DNA of 60,439 nucleotides from Campylobacterota bacterium (GTDB taxonomy: Bacteria > Campylobacterota > Campylobacteria > Campylobacterales > QNZT01). The notes under the pieces are model-generated. The model did no database searches and was not told where the DNA came from. It saw only the letters and a list, made by a program, of their open reading frames with translations. The stretch covers positions 1-60,439 of the forward strand of contig JAHZKW010000159.1 of NCBI GenBank assembly GCA_022600175.1, given 5' to 3'. Position 1 is the first letter of the stretch. The number at the start of each line of letters is the position of its first letter. This document shows positions 1 through 8,888 of the stretch, one piece after another. The position numbers were made by a program, and so were the translations under genes.

Positions 1-170
1 ATCGTCAAATTGACAACTTCTATCTCAATAAATATAATAATGGATTAACGAGTCTTTTAAAAGAGACTAAGGTGGAACATGAAGAGATCAAGATGTTTGC
101 CATAGAGCTTAAAAAAGCTGTACGAGGAAAATATGCAGAATTTAGTGAAAAGATATTTGAAAAAAGTTAA
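1..170 (+). CDS. 3' end of an unidentified CDS entering from upstream of the window
   Basis: Frame open from position 3 to TAA at 168-170 (...AIELKKAVRGKYAEFSEKIFEKS). No family recognised. Confidence 0.3.
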   Translation, partial: RQIDNFYLNKYNNGLTSLLKETKVEHEEIKMFAIELKKAVRGKYAEFSEKIFEKS

Positions 171-445
171 TCATGTGTACTTTTTTCACTATTTTTCACC
201 TTTTTTGAAAAGCCACCTTTTTTGGTTTTGGCTTTTAACTCTAGCGCTTCAACAACTGCTCTATAGTCCATACCACAATGATGCATCTTTGCAAAACATT
301 GTGCAATGACCGCAATGGTATTAGGGACTTCTCCCTTTTTTTTATAGGATTGAATATTTTTTTCACTCACTTTAATCAGATTACTAAATTTTGGCAGACT
401 GATCTCTGCATCTAATAAAAGCTTTTTAAACTCTATAAAGGTCAT
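167..445 (-). CDS. small helix-turn-helix (XRE-like) DNA-binding protein
   Basis: 92-aa ORF. The N-terminal segment ISLPKFSNLIKVSEKNIQSYKKKGEVPNTIAVIAQ looks like an HTH, and the tail is basic. Confidence 0.45.
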   Translation of the reverse strand: MTFIEFKKLLLDAEISLPKFSNLIKVSEKNIQSYKKKGEVPNTIAVIAQCFAKMHHCGMDYRAVVEALELKAKTKKGGFSKKVKNSEKSTHD

Positions 446-512
446 ATTACTCCTTAAATAATCAAGTTTAGAGCGAGATTATAGCATAAAATATATCTAA
501 ATGGATTTTTTA

Positions 513-541
513 TTGACTTTTGACTATAAAAAGAATATAAT
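513..541 (+). promoter_or_regulatory. consensus sigma70-type promoter for the lysine-rich gene
   Basis: TTGACT at 513-518, a 17-nt spacer, then TATAAT at 536-541. It lies about 58 nt upstream of the ATG at 599. Confidence 0.45.
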
Positions 542-598
542 CACTATAATTTATTACTAATAGTATTAAATAAATCAAATAATTTAAAGGGATTCCTT

Positions 599-937
599 AT
601 GGCAAAAGTTTTAAAAAAGAAATCAGTCAAAAAAGTTGCAACTAAAGCAACAAAAAAAGCAGTAGCAAAAAAAGTAGTTGCTAAGAAAAATGCAAAGTCA
701 TTAACCAAAAAAGTGACAAAAACAGTTTTAAAGAAAAAACCAAAAACTAAAAAAGTGGCTAAGAAATTAGCGAAAAAAGTGGTTGCAAAAAGTAGTAGCA
801 CACCAAAAGTAAAAAAGACAGTGAAAAAAGTTACTAAAAAAGCAGCAAAGCCAGTTGCTAAAAAAACTGTTGCAAAGAAAGTGGCAAAACCTTCAGTTAA
901 AAAAACAGTAAAGAAAGCAACAAAAAAAGTAGCGTAA
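599..937 (+). CDS. histone H1-like, lysine-rich nucleoid-type protein
   Basis: 112 aa made almost entirely of K/A/V/T repeats (KKVAKK, AKKVV, KKTVKK). RBS AAAGGGA lies upstream. The opposite-strand 149-aa F/L-rich ORF is its mirror artefact. Confidence 0.75.
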   Translation: MAKVLKKKSVKKVATKATKKAVAKKVVAKKNAKSLTKKVTKTVLKKKPKTKKVAKKLAKKVVAKSSSTPKVKKTVKKVTKKAAKPVAKKTVAKKVAKPSVKKTVKKATKKVA

Positions 938-1006
938 ATTGTATCATCTATAAGAGCTATAATGCTCTTGTAGATTTTTAATTGTAAAAACAATTTTGAC
1001 TTAGAT

Positions 1007-1024
1007 TGTAATACTCCTGTAACC
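1007..1024 (+). promoter_or_regulatory. candidate Pho box (2 phased repeats) upstream of phoD
   Basis: TGTAATA-ctcc-TGTAACC, with 7-mers starting at 1007 and 1018 (11-bp phase). TACAAT at 1034-1039 follows about 10 nt downstream. Confidence 0.5.
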
Positions 1025-1061
1025 TCAATATCTTACAATCCTTTTTACTAAAGGAGATTGT

Positions 1062-2849
1062 ATGCAATATTTTTCAAGAAGATCATTTATAAAAGTTTCA
1101 GCATTAAGTGCATGTTCGCTCTTTATTTCAACAACATTTTCAGGTTGTGGTGATGATAATGATGACGATAAAAACTATATCAGTGTACGTTTTGATCATG
1201 GTGTAGCTAGTGGAGATCCACTCAGTGACCGTGTGATTATTTGGACACGTGCAACACCACAAGAAGAGGTTGGTGCGCAAGAGCAAATCAGTATAGATTT
1301 TGAAGTTGCAAAAGATAGTGCTTTCAGTGACATTGTGAGAAGTGAGAGTGTAACCACGTCTAAAATAACAGATTTCACGATTAAAATTGATGTGCAAGAA
1401 CTAGAGTCTGGTACAGAGTATTATTATCGTTTTAAATCTAAAGAGAGTGTTTCTACTATTGGTAAAACTAAAACTTTACCTGTTGGTGAAATAGCAACGG
1501 TTAAAATGGCACTCTTTACCTGTGCAAATTACACCAATGGCTATTTCAACGCATATAGTGAAGCGGCAAAGATTGAAGATTTGGATGTTAGTGTACATGT
1601 AGGTGATTATATTTATGAGTATGGTATGTTTGAGAGTGATGGTCAGACACCTGCTTATGCAACTGAAAATGCAGTAGCAATCAATAGGGTTTTACCAGAG
1701 GATAATGATCAAGAGCTTTTAACACTTGAAGACTATCGTAAACGATATGCACTTTATCATACAGATAGTGGAACTCAGGCTATCCACCAAGCTGCTGCAA
1801 TGATCGTCGTATGGGATGATCATGAGGTGGCAAATGATACTTATAAAGGGGGTGCAGAAAATCATAATGAAAACGAAGGTGATTTTGAAGCACGAACAGA
1901 ATCTGCATTACAAGCTTATTTTGAGTGGTTACCTATTCGTCCAATAGAGGATAAAAAGAAAATTTACAGAACATTTGATTTTGGAAATCTTGTAAGTCTT
2001 CATATGCTAGAGACTAGATTGTTTGGAAGAGATAAGCAGTTAAATTATGCAGACTACTATACGCCAGAGTTTGATGTAGGGGCTTTTCAAACTGATGTTC
2101 TTGATACTGAGAGAACAATGTTAGGAAGTGAACAAGTGACATGGCTGCAGCAGCAACTTCAAACTTCAACAGCAACATGGCAGGTACTTGGTCAACAGGT
2201 TTTAATGGGGAAAATGAACCTTCCTGCAGAAATCTTAACACCAGTAGCACAGCTTGAATCCGCAACTGCTGAAGAGAAAGCAGTACTATTAACACAAATC
2301 AATACCTCTTTAGCCCAATTGGTAGAGATTAAGATGAAAGCTGCACAAAATGTGGCTTTAACAGAAATTGAACAAGCACGTTTAGCAATGGTCCTCCCAT
2401 ATAACTTAGATGCTTGGGATGGTTATTTTGCTGAGAGAGAAGTTATTTTAGGTGTGGCAAAGGCATTAGATAAAAACCTTGTGGTATTAGCAGGTGACAC
2501 CCATAATGCTTGGGCAAGTGATCTTAAAGATGTGAATGGTGATGTTGTAGGGGTTGAGTTTGCAACCAGTTCAGTTACTTCTCCAGGTCTTGAACAATAC
2601 TTAGGACTTCCAGATCAAGCCTCAGCAATGGGCTTTGAAGGTGCATTGCAGATTTTAGTAGATGACTTACACTATGTCAATAGTTACGATAGAGGTTTTA
2701 TGACGGTTACTTTTACACCTACACAAGCAATTTCTGAATGGCATTTTGTAGATAATTATCAATCTTCAACTTATGGTCTACTTTCAAGTAGAAGTAAACA
2801 GCTTAAGGTTGTTGCTGGCAATGAGGGACGTAAAGTAGAGTCAGTATAG
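1062..2849 (+). CDS. phoD: alkaline phosphatase D (PhoD family), Tat-exported
   Basis: Twin-arginine signal SRRSFIK. PhoD N-terminal signature FDHGVASGDPLSDRVIIWTR and the metallophosphatase motif VWDDHEVAND are present. Confidence 0.9.
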   Translation: MQYFSRRSFIKVSALSACSLFISTTFSGCGDDNDDDKNYISVRFDHGVASGDPLSDRVIIWTRATPQEEVGAQEQISIDFEVAKDSAFSDIVRSESVTTSKITDFTIKIDVQELESGTEYYYRFKSKESVSTIGKTKTLPVGEIATVKMALFTCANYTNGYFNAYSEAAKIEDLDVSVHVGDYIYEYGMFESDGQTPAYATENAVAINRVLPEDNDQELLTLEDYRKRYALYHTDSGTQAIHQAAAMIVVWDDHEVANDTYKGGAENHNENEGDFEARTESALQAYFEWLPIRPIEDKKKIYRTFDFGNLVSLHMLETRLFGRDKQLNYADYYTPEFDVGAFQTDVLDTERTMLGSEQVTWLQQQLQTSTATWQVLGQQVLMGKMNLPAEILTPVAQLESATAEEKAVLLTQINTSLAQLVEIKMKAAQNVALTEIEQARLAMVLPYNLDAWDGYFAEREVILGVAKALDKNLVVLAGDTHNAWASDLKDVNGDVVGVEFATSSVTSPGLEQYLGLPDQASAMGFEGALQILVDDLHYVNSYDRGFMTVTFTPTQAISEWHFVDNYQSSTYGLLSSRSKQLKVVAGNEGRKVESV

Positions 2850-2861
2850 ACTTTTTTGATT

Positions 2862-2889
2862 GAGCATTGAAGTGACCTCCTCAATGCTC
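2862..2889. terminator. hairpin between convergent phoD and the helicase gene
   Basis: GAGCATTGA (2862-2870), 10-nt loop, TCAATGCTC (2881-2889). Flanking T-runs are imperfect. Confidence 0.3.
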
Positions 2890-2913
2890 TTAATGTGTTG
2901 ATAAATTGAGTTT

Positions 2914-4464
2914 TTATCTTTGACGGTTTTTATAATGATTTCTTCGTCTTGATCTAGGAGATGGTTTATCTTTGGCCTCTTTTTTAGGGCTACTGTGTAG
3001 CTTTTTAGCTTTTAAGGCTTTTTGGCAGAGTTGATTGATATGCAGTCGTGTATTCCCAGCAAGTTCAACATCCACAAAGAGTTCAGGTAGTTTATATGCG
3101 ATCCATAAATAGAGGCTTATTTTTTTCACTTCATCTTCTGCTCTTAACAACTCTTGTTCATTACGTGCTTTTTGTCCAACTCTGATTGAAGGCTTATAAT
3201 GGACTATTTTATTTTCAATAATGGCATTAACATAAAAGAAGTATGCCTTTTTTATCAATGGTGATTTAGTACTTACAGGGGCTTGTACCAGCATATATTT
3301 ATCTTCTAAACTGAGACCCTTTTTGTTATCGATGATTTTTGCCAACTCTATCATCGCACTAATATTTGCAGCGATAAAAGGACCTGTAAAGTTCATGTGT
3401 TTGGAAAAATAGAGCAATATTTTGTGTAGACTTTTGGTATTTAAATGTTTTGAGAGTGCTTCAATTTGTGTATTGGTGGCTTTTACTTGAAAAGGGCCTT
3501 TGATTGTGTGTAGTGGAGCATAAAACTCTGAGGCAATATGTTTAAGTACACTTCTACTAGTTGCACCGATATATCCAACTTCATGATGTCCATATCGTCC
3601 AGCGCGTCCAGCGATTTGTATCACTTCATTGGGGATAAGTTTACGTTTACTGATACCGTCAAATTTAGTATCTGTACTAAAAAGTAGTGTTTGTATAGGT
3701 AAGTTTAATCCCATAGCGATAGCATCTGTTGCAACAAGGACACTACTTTCTCCTTCTCGAAAACGTCTTGCTTCTTCACGTCTGACTTCTGGAGAGAGAT
3801 TGCCATAGATGACAGAGACTTTATGTTGTTTTGAGAGTTTGTTTTTAAGGTTTAAGACATCTGCACGACTAAAAGCGACCAGGGCACTCTTAGGGGGAAT
3901 CTCTTTAAGAGGAATGGCTTTAGAGAGTACTTCTAATGGATTTTTACGTTGAAATTTCACCACTTCAAGTTCTTCATCTAGATATTTGGCTATCTGCTTA
4001 ACAGCATCTAACGCATTGACACTACCTGTCATGATCACTTTATCTGCAGGTACACCTACAATAGCATTCACCCATGCCCAACCGCGATCAGGATCTTCTA
4101 TCATTTGAATTTCATCAATAACTGCTAAGTCTACATCATAGTTGAAGTTGACCATCTCAATAGTTGAACAGATATGTCCAGCATCTTCATCGATGATCTC
4201 CTCTTCTCCTGTGATGAGTGATGTTGCTATCTCATGTGCGTTCAAATATTCATAGTTTTCAAGTGCTAATAATCGAAGTGGAGCTAAATACACACCACAA
4301 TCTGCTTCTATTAACTCTTGCATCGCACGGTGTGTTTTGCCACTATTGGTAGGTCCTACAAAGAAGTAGAGCTTACGTTTTTTTTCACGTGCTACTGGAT
4401 AGAGTGATTTAAGGTCACAGTTTAAAAGTTTGTGTAGTTGTTCTTGCCAATTTTCTCTTTGCAT
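2914..4464 (-). CDS. SUV3-like superfamily-2 ATP-dependent RNA/DNA helicase
   Basis: Walker A GPTNSGKTH, DEIQ box, SAT-like TGS and motif VI QIAGRAGR. The C-terminal tail is strongly basic (SPRSRRRNHYKNRQR). Confidence 0.75.
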   Translation of the reverse strand: MQRENWQEQLHKLLNCDLKSLYPVAREKKRKLYFFVGPTNSGKTHRAMQELIEADCGVYLAPLRLLALENYEYLNAHEIATSLITGEEEIIDEDAGHICSTIEMVNFNYDVDLAVIDEIQMIEDPDRGWAWVNAIVGVPADKVIMTGSVNALDAVKQIAKYLDEELEVVKFQRKNPLEVLSKAIPLKEIPPKSALVAFSRADVLNLKNKLSKQHKVSVIYGNLSPEVRREEARRFREGESSVLVATDAIAMGLNLPIQTLLFSTDTKFDGISKRKLIPNEVIQIAGRAGRYGHHEVGYIGATSRSVLKHIASEFYAPLHTIKGPFQVKATNTQIEALSKHLNTKSLHKILLYFSKHMNFTGPFIAANISAMIELAKIIDNKKGLSLEDKYMLVQAPVSTKSPLIKKAYFFYVNAIIENKIVHYKPSIRVGQKARNEQELLRAEDEVKKISLYLWIAYKLPELFVDVELAGNTRLHINQLCQKALKAKKLHSSPKKEAKDKPSPRSRRRNHYKNRQR

Positions 4465-4590
4465 GTGTTATGATAGCTAAAGATCATAAAGTTCTTGGCC
4501 TTTGTTTCATAACATAAAGCGTTTTTTATAAACTCTACACAAAGCTTTGTTATACTAATGTGATTAAATTTAAAAAAAGCGAGTAAAGAT

Positions 4591-4779
4591 ATGGATGTAA
4601 ATAAGTTTAGACGTACATGTAGACCCATTAGAATAGTAGTAGGTTTGGGATTGATAGGATATGGTGTGTATTCTGGGAACCCTTGGTTTTATTTAGGTGT
4701 GATACCTCTTATTGCAGGGTTAGTAAACTTTTGTCCAGCATGCATCATTACCAAAAAGTGTGATGTCGCTGAAGCCTAA
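4591..4779 (+). CDS. DUF2892 (YgaP-like) small membrane protein
   Basis: 62 aa with two hydrophobic helices and the C-terminal FCPAC motif typical of this family. Confidence 0.65.
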   Translation: MDVNKFRRTCRPIRIVVGLGLIGYGVYSGNPWFYLGVIPLIAGLVNFCPACIITKKCDVAEA

Positions 4780-4806
4780 TTAAAAATATAAAAGAGAGAA
4801 AATTTT

Positions 4807-5253
4807 ATGAGAAAATTATTTGTTGTTATCGGTCTATTATTGCCTTTATTTTTGAGTGCACAGCCAGTTAAAACGCAAAATGTTGTTTTTGACTGTGCCA
4901 GTGATGATCTTGCTTATGTGAGTTCTCGTCTATGGTTGATTGAAGAGAGTGCAAAAGAGTATAAAGAGAAGAAGATACCCTATAAAATAGTCTTGACAAT
5001 ACACTCTGGTTGTACGGAAGTAGTTTCAAAAGAGAGTGCAGAGGGTGATAAACTGATGCAAAATATTCAAAAGAAATTACAAAATCTTTCTACAAAACAT
5101 CAGGTATCTGTAGAGGCGTGTCAAATTGCCACAGATCGTTATGGTATTGAAAAAGATGATTTAGTCTCAGAGGTAAAATTAGTGCGAAACTCTATTACAA
5201 GAGTTATTGAACTACAAAATGAGGGGTATGCTTATGTCCCTTACCATAAGTAA
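4807..5253 (+). CDS. exported DsrE/DsrF-like (COG1416-type) protein
   Basis: Signal peptide present. The VVFDC...EACQIA...ELQNEGYAYVPY pattern resembles the DsrE-like family, recognised from memory only. Confidence 0.5.
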   Translation: MRKLFVVIGLLLPLFLSAQPVKTQNVVFDCASDDLAYVSSRLWLIEESAKEYKEKKIPYKIVLTIHSGCTEVVSKESAEGDKLMQNIQKKLQNLSTKHQVSVEACQIATDRYGIEKDDLVSEVKLVRNSITRVIELQNEGYAYVPYHK

Positions 5254-5595
5254 TTACTGTTTATCAATATATACTGCTAGCCAGATCGTTCCTGCTTCAA
5301 CGTGGAGGATCTGGTGAGGCTGTTTGGCTTTAAGAAAGTAATAATCTCCTCGTTTTAGAGAGATGTATTGCTCTTCTATTTTTAGTGTAGCACTCCCCTC
5401 TACAAGTATAAACCACTCTTCCTCATCTTGAGTGATAATCTCACTTCTTTCTATATGTGAACTCACGATACGTTTAATAATGATATTTGACTTTTGTAGG
5501 AGTGTTTCAAAAAGCTCACCTTTATGGGGAATGTCTATTTTGTCAAATATATTATGATTATTGTTTTGATGGTTCATCTTTAGTCCCATTAGCAC
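5254..5595 (-). CDS. cupin-domain protein
   Basis: 113 aa with the pattern WFILVEGSATL...LKRGDYYFLKAKQPHQI typical of cupin_2 barrels. Confidence 0.6.
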   Translation of the reverse strand: MLMGLKMNHQNNNHNIFDKIDIPHKGELFETLLQKSNIIIKRIVSSHIERSEIITQDEEEWFILVEGSATLKIEEQYISLKRGDYYFLKAKQPHQILHVEAGTIWLAVYIDKQ

Positions 5596-5680
5596 GATAT
5601 AGATTTATCGATAATTATAAAATTTTTTAATAAAAAAGTAACTATAAAAGCTATATAATTTTACAATAAAAGGAGAAACA

Positions 5681-6025
5681 GTGACATTAATAGAAATTTT
5701 TACAGATCATATACGCAATAGGAAAAGTCTTAAAACCTATGTGGAGATACGAAAAACGATTCCTACTCGTGGTGAATTTAATGATGAGACTTTGATTCAA
5801 GCTGAAGAAGATTTACAACGATTAAAACAAGAAGATGAAGAGATTTATGAGTTAATGTATGAAACGTTAGAAGCTTATTATGCACAAGATGCAGGTCACT
5901 ATGTAGAGTATCCTATAAACTTTGTGAGAGAAATATTGAAAATTTACCAGTGTAACGTACCTGCAAAAAAAGTATATGAACAATATAAGAGAGGATTGGA
6001 TCACCATATTCATGACTCCTGTTAA
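5681..6025 (+). CDS. hypothetical protein
   Basis: 114-aa ORF with GTG start preceded by AAGGAG. No family recognised. Confidence 0.45.
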   Translation: MTLIEIFTDHIRNRKSLKTYVEIRKTIPTRGEFNDETLIQAEEDLQRLKQEDEEIYELMYETLEAYYAQDAGHYVEYPINFVREILKIYQCNVPAKKVYEQYKRGLDHHIHDSC

Positions 6026-6079
6026 GATTTTATTTTATTTATGTTAATTATTAAATAAAATTAAATTATAATCATCTTT

Positions 6080-7915
6080 ATGGAAAATTCAAATTATCAA
6101 AAAGCTTTTGAAGAGAGTGCTCAAGGTATTTTAGTTGTTGAGGATACAGAGCGTATTATTTATAGTAATTCTGTAGTATCTAATATGCTTGGATACCAAT
6201 CTTTCGAGCTTTTAACACTTACATTTAACCAGCTTTTTGAAACAAAAAATGCCTATGATACATTTATCACAACACTCAAAGAACAGTTAGTCACACAAGA
6301 GAGTATCGATTTTAAGTATGAGTTTAAAACTAAATATTCTGAAGTGATTTGGGTGGAGGTTTCAAGTGATTATCAACCTATCTCTTCCATTTTTGTGATT
6401 ACCATTGTAGATATTTTTAAACGTCTTGAGTCTAAACAGAAGTTACAATTTTTGATTGAGGGATCTAATGATGGTATTTGGGAGTGGGATCTTATCAGTA
6501 ATGAAGTCTATTTCTCTGCACGATGGAAAGAGATGCTTGGATTTGAGGAGAGTGAACTTAAAAATGAGTTTTATACATGGGAGAGACGTCTTAATTTAGA
6601 AGATAAAGAGACTATTTTACAAGAGATTCAAAATTGTATTGATGGACAGGCTGATCACTTTGTCAATGTTCATAGATTGCGGCATAAAGAGGGGCATTGG
6701 GTCTGGATTTATGTACGGGCAAAGACTTTTTTTGATGCCAATGGTAAAGCGGTCTATATGTCAGGGTTTCATACTGATATTAGTGATCTTAAAAATGCAC
6801 AAAAAGATACCGAACAGCAATACTTGGTGCTTCGTTCATTGTTTGATGCAACACCTGATTTGATCAGTTATAAAGATTATGAAGTAGAAGGTGGTATATA
6901 CATCAGCTGTAATAGTGCTTTTGAAAAGTTTATTGGACTTAAAGAATCAGAGCTTATTGGTAAAAATGATATTGACCTTTTTGGTAAAGAGCGTGGAGAG
7001 TATAATCGAGAACAAGATAGAGAAGTGCTACGCCAAAGAACAAGCCGTATTATTGAAGAGTGGGTTACTTATCCTAATGAGAAAAGGGTACTACTACATA
7101 CAATGAAGACACCTGTTTATGATGATCAAGGAAAATTGTTAGGACTTTTTGGTATCTCAAGAGATATGACAGAGCAACATATGGGACAGGTTAAGGAGAA
7201 AGAGCATCATAAACAGCTTCTTTTTCAATCAAGATTAGCACAGATGGGAGAGATGATCTCTATGATTGTACATCAATGGAGACAACCACTCAATGCTTTA
7301 AGTATTGTAGTCAATAATCTCTATCTCGATCATGTAATGCAAGAGCTTAGTGATGAAAAGTTACAAAAATCGATTGATCAGAGTCAGAAAATTATTAAGA
7401 GTATGACACATACTATCGATGATTTTAGAAACTTTTATCAACAACACCAACCTACAAAAATGCTCAATATCAACGATGTTATTGAGAAAGCTTTAGATAT
7501 TACAGAAAATACTCTGATATCAAGTAATATTCGCTTGAAACGTACTTATGGTTGTAGAGATGAGATAGAGGTACATGAGAGTGAAATGATGCAAGTCTTT
7601 CTCAACATTTTGAAAAATGCACAAGATAATTTTAAAGAGAAAAAGGTGAGACAAGCACTGCTTATCATCAATACTACGGAGACTAAAGAGGGGATAGAGA
7701 TTGAGATATGTGATAATGGCGGAGGGATTAAAGAGGAGCATTTAGAGAAAGTTTTTGAACCCTATTTTACAACAAAATCTGATGCAAATGGGACAGGATT
7801 AGGACTCTATATGTCAAAAATGATTATTGAGGACCACCACCATGGTAAGATTTATGCCAAGAACAGTGATGTAGGTGTTTGTTTTGTGATTACACTTCCC
7901 AAAGTGTTAACATAG
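6080..7915 (+). CDS. cytoplasmic multi-PAS sensor histidine kinase (orphan)
   Basis: PAS repeats (GIWEWDL..., HRLRHKEGHWVW), H-box HQWRQPLNAL and an ATPase G-box GTGLGLYMSK. There is no adjacent response regulator. Confidence 0.85.
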   Translation: MENSNYQKAFEESAQGILVVEDTERIIYSNSVVSNMLGYQSFELLTLTFNQLFETKNAYDTFITTLKEQLVTQESIDFKYEFKTKYSEVIWVEVSSDYQPISSIFVITIVDIFKRLESKQKLQFLIEGSNDGIWEWDLISNEVYFSARWKEMLGFEESELKNEFYTWERRLNLEDKETILQEIQNCIDGQADHFVNVHRLRHKEGHWVWIYVRAKTFFDANGKAVYMSGFHTDISDLKNAQKDTEQQYLVLRSLFDATPDLISYKDYEVEGGIYISCNSAFEKFIGLKESELIGKNDIDLFGKERGEYNREQDREVLRQRTSRIIEEWVTYPNEKRVLLHTMKTPVYDDQGKLLGLFGISRDMTEQHMGQVKEKEHHKQLLFQSRLAQMGEMISMIVHQWRQPLNALSIVVNNLYLDHVMQELSDEKLQKSIDQSQKIIKSMTHTIDDFRNFYQQHQPTKMLNINDVIEKALDITENTLISSNIRLKRTYGCRDEIEVHESEMMQVFLNILKNAQDNFKEKKVRQALLIINTTETKEGIEIEICDNGGGIKEEHLEKVFEPYFTTKSDANGTGLGLYMSKMIIEDHHHGKIYAKNSDVGVCFVITLPKVLT

Positions 7916-7933
7916 ATAAAAATAGATGGACAA

Positions 7934-8671
7934 TTAACGTTCAAGCCAGTCGATAATTTTCCACTCTCCATCCATAGTCTCCACCAAGGCGGTACAGGAC
8001 TCTACCCAGTCACCGCAGTTTTTATACTCTACATCATCAATCATACGTATTTCAGCTTTGTGGATATGTCCGCAGATAATACCATGATAGTTTTTGTGCT
8101 TTGCATGGTCTGCTAATATACTCTCAAAGTCTGTAATAAAACTGACAGATTGTTTGACATTCTCTTTGACATATTTAGAGAGTGACCAGTAACGGTTAAT
8201 GCCAAACTTTCTTCGAATAAAGTTAAAGGTTTGATTGAGATGCAAAAGCATCTCATAACCAATATCACCAATCACTGCCAACCAACGTTTGGTCATAGTG
8301 ACAGAGTCAAAAAAGTCTCCATGTGTGATGTAGTAACGTTTGCCTTCAAGACTAATATAATCTGCTTCATTGATGACAGTAAGGCGATCACCTAATATAA
8401 GAGGTAAAAAAGAGCGTAAAAACTCATCATGATTTCCTGTGATGTAGTAGACATTAGTACCTTTTCTTGCTTTTCTCAGTACCTTTTGTATAACATCTGA
8501 GTGTGATTGTGTCCATCGAAATTTGCGTCTTATAGCCCATCCATCTATAATATCACCTACAAGATAAAAATTTTCAGATTCAGTCTCTTTCATAAAATCT
8601 AAAAACTTATCTGCTTGTGAAAACTTAGTCCCTAAATGGATATCGGATACAAAAATTGATCTATATTTCAT
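7934..8671 (-). CDS. LpxH-family calcineurin-like metallophosphoesterase (UDP-2,3-diacylglucosamine diphosphatase or PlcP-type phospholipase C)
   Basis: Motifs VSDIHLG, GDIIDGW, GNHDEF and GHIH. It is divergent from a Pho-box-bearing intergenic region. Confidence 0.8.
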   Translation of the reverse strand: MKYRSIFVSDIHLGTKFSQADKFLDFMKETESENFYLVGDIIDGWAIRRKFRWTQSHSDVIQKVLRKARKGTNVYYITGNHDEFLRSFLPLILGDRLTVINEADYISLEGKRYYITHGDFFDSVTMTKRWLAVIGDIGYEMLLHLNQTFNFIRRKFGINRYWSLSKYVKENVKQSVSFITDFESILADHAKHKNYHGIICGHIHKAEIRMIDDVEYKNCGDWVESCTALVETMDGEWKIIDWLER

Positions 8672-8799
8672 ATGGCATTAACTTCTTTGTCCTTATAAAG
8701 TTATTGCTAAAGTCTATAATATTTTGGTAACAAAGTAGTTACAATAGAAAAAGTCAAAGTTATTAAAATAATTTAATTACTCAGCATTATATTTCATTA

Positions 8800-8839
8800 A
8801 GTAACCATTTTGCAACCATCCTGCAATCATTTTGTTACT
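8800..8839 (+). promoter_or_regulatory. candidate Pho box array (4 phased repeats) upstream of the PhoX-like gene
   Basis: AGTAACC-attt-TGCAACC-atcc-TGCAATC-attt-TGTTACT, with 7-mers starting at 8800, 8811, 8822 and 8833 (exact 11-bp phase). A weaker pair TGGTAAC/TAGTTAC sits at 8725 and 8736. Confidence 0.6.
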
Positions 8840-8888
8840 TATGATTGATAAAGTTCTGTCAAAATTTTATAACAAAAAGGTGATGATT

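Noticed and set aside
544-993. 149-aa F/L/T-rich ORF on the minus strand
   Set aside because: It is the exact antisense of the AAA/AAG-rich lysine-repeat gene (TTT/CTT codons). It has no RBS and a low-complexity artefact composition.
6639-7106. 74-aa and 71-aa plus-strand ORFs in alternative frames
   Set aside because: They are nested inside the PAS kinase gene in other frames, with no independent support.
8832-8888. TTG start extending the PhoX-like ORF by 19 codons
   Set aside because: The extension overlaps the phased repeat array and precedes the signal peptide. The ATG at 8889 has a proper RBS and yields a normal lipoprotein N-terminus.
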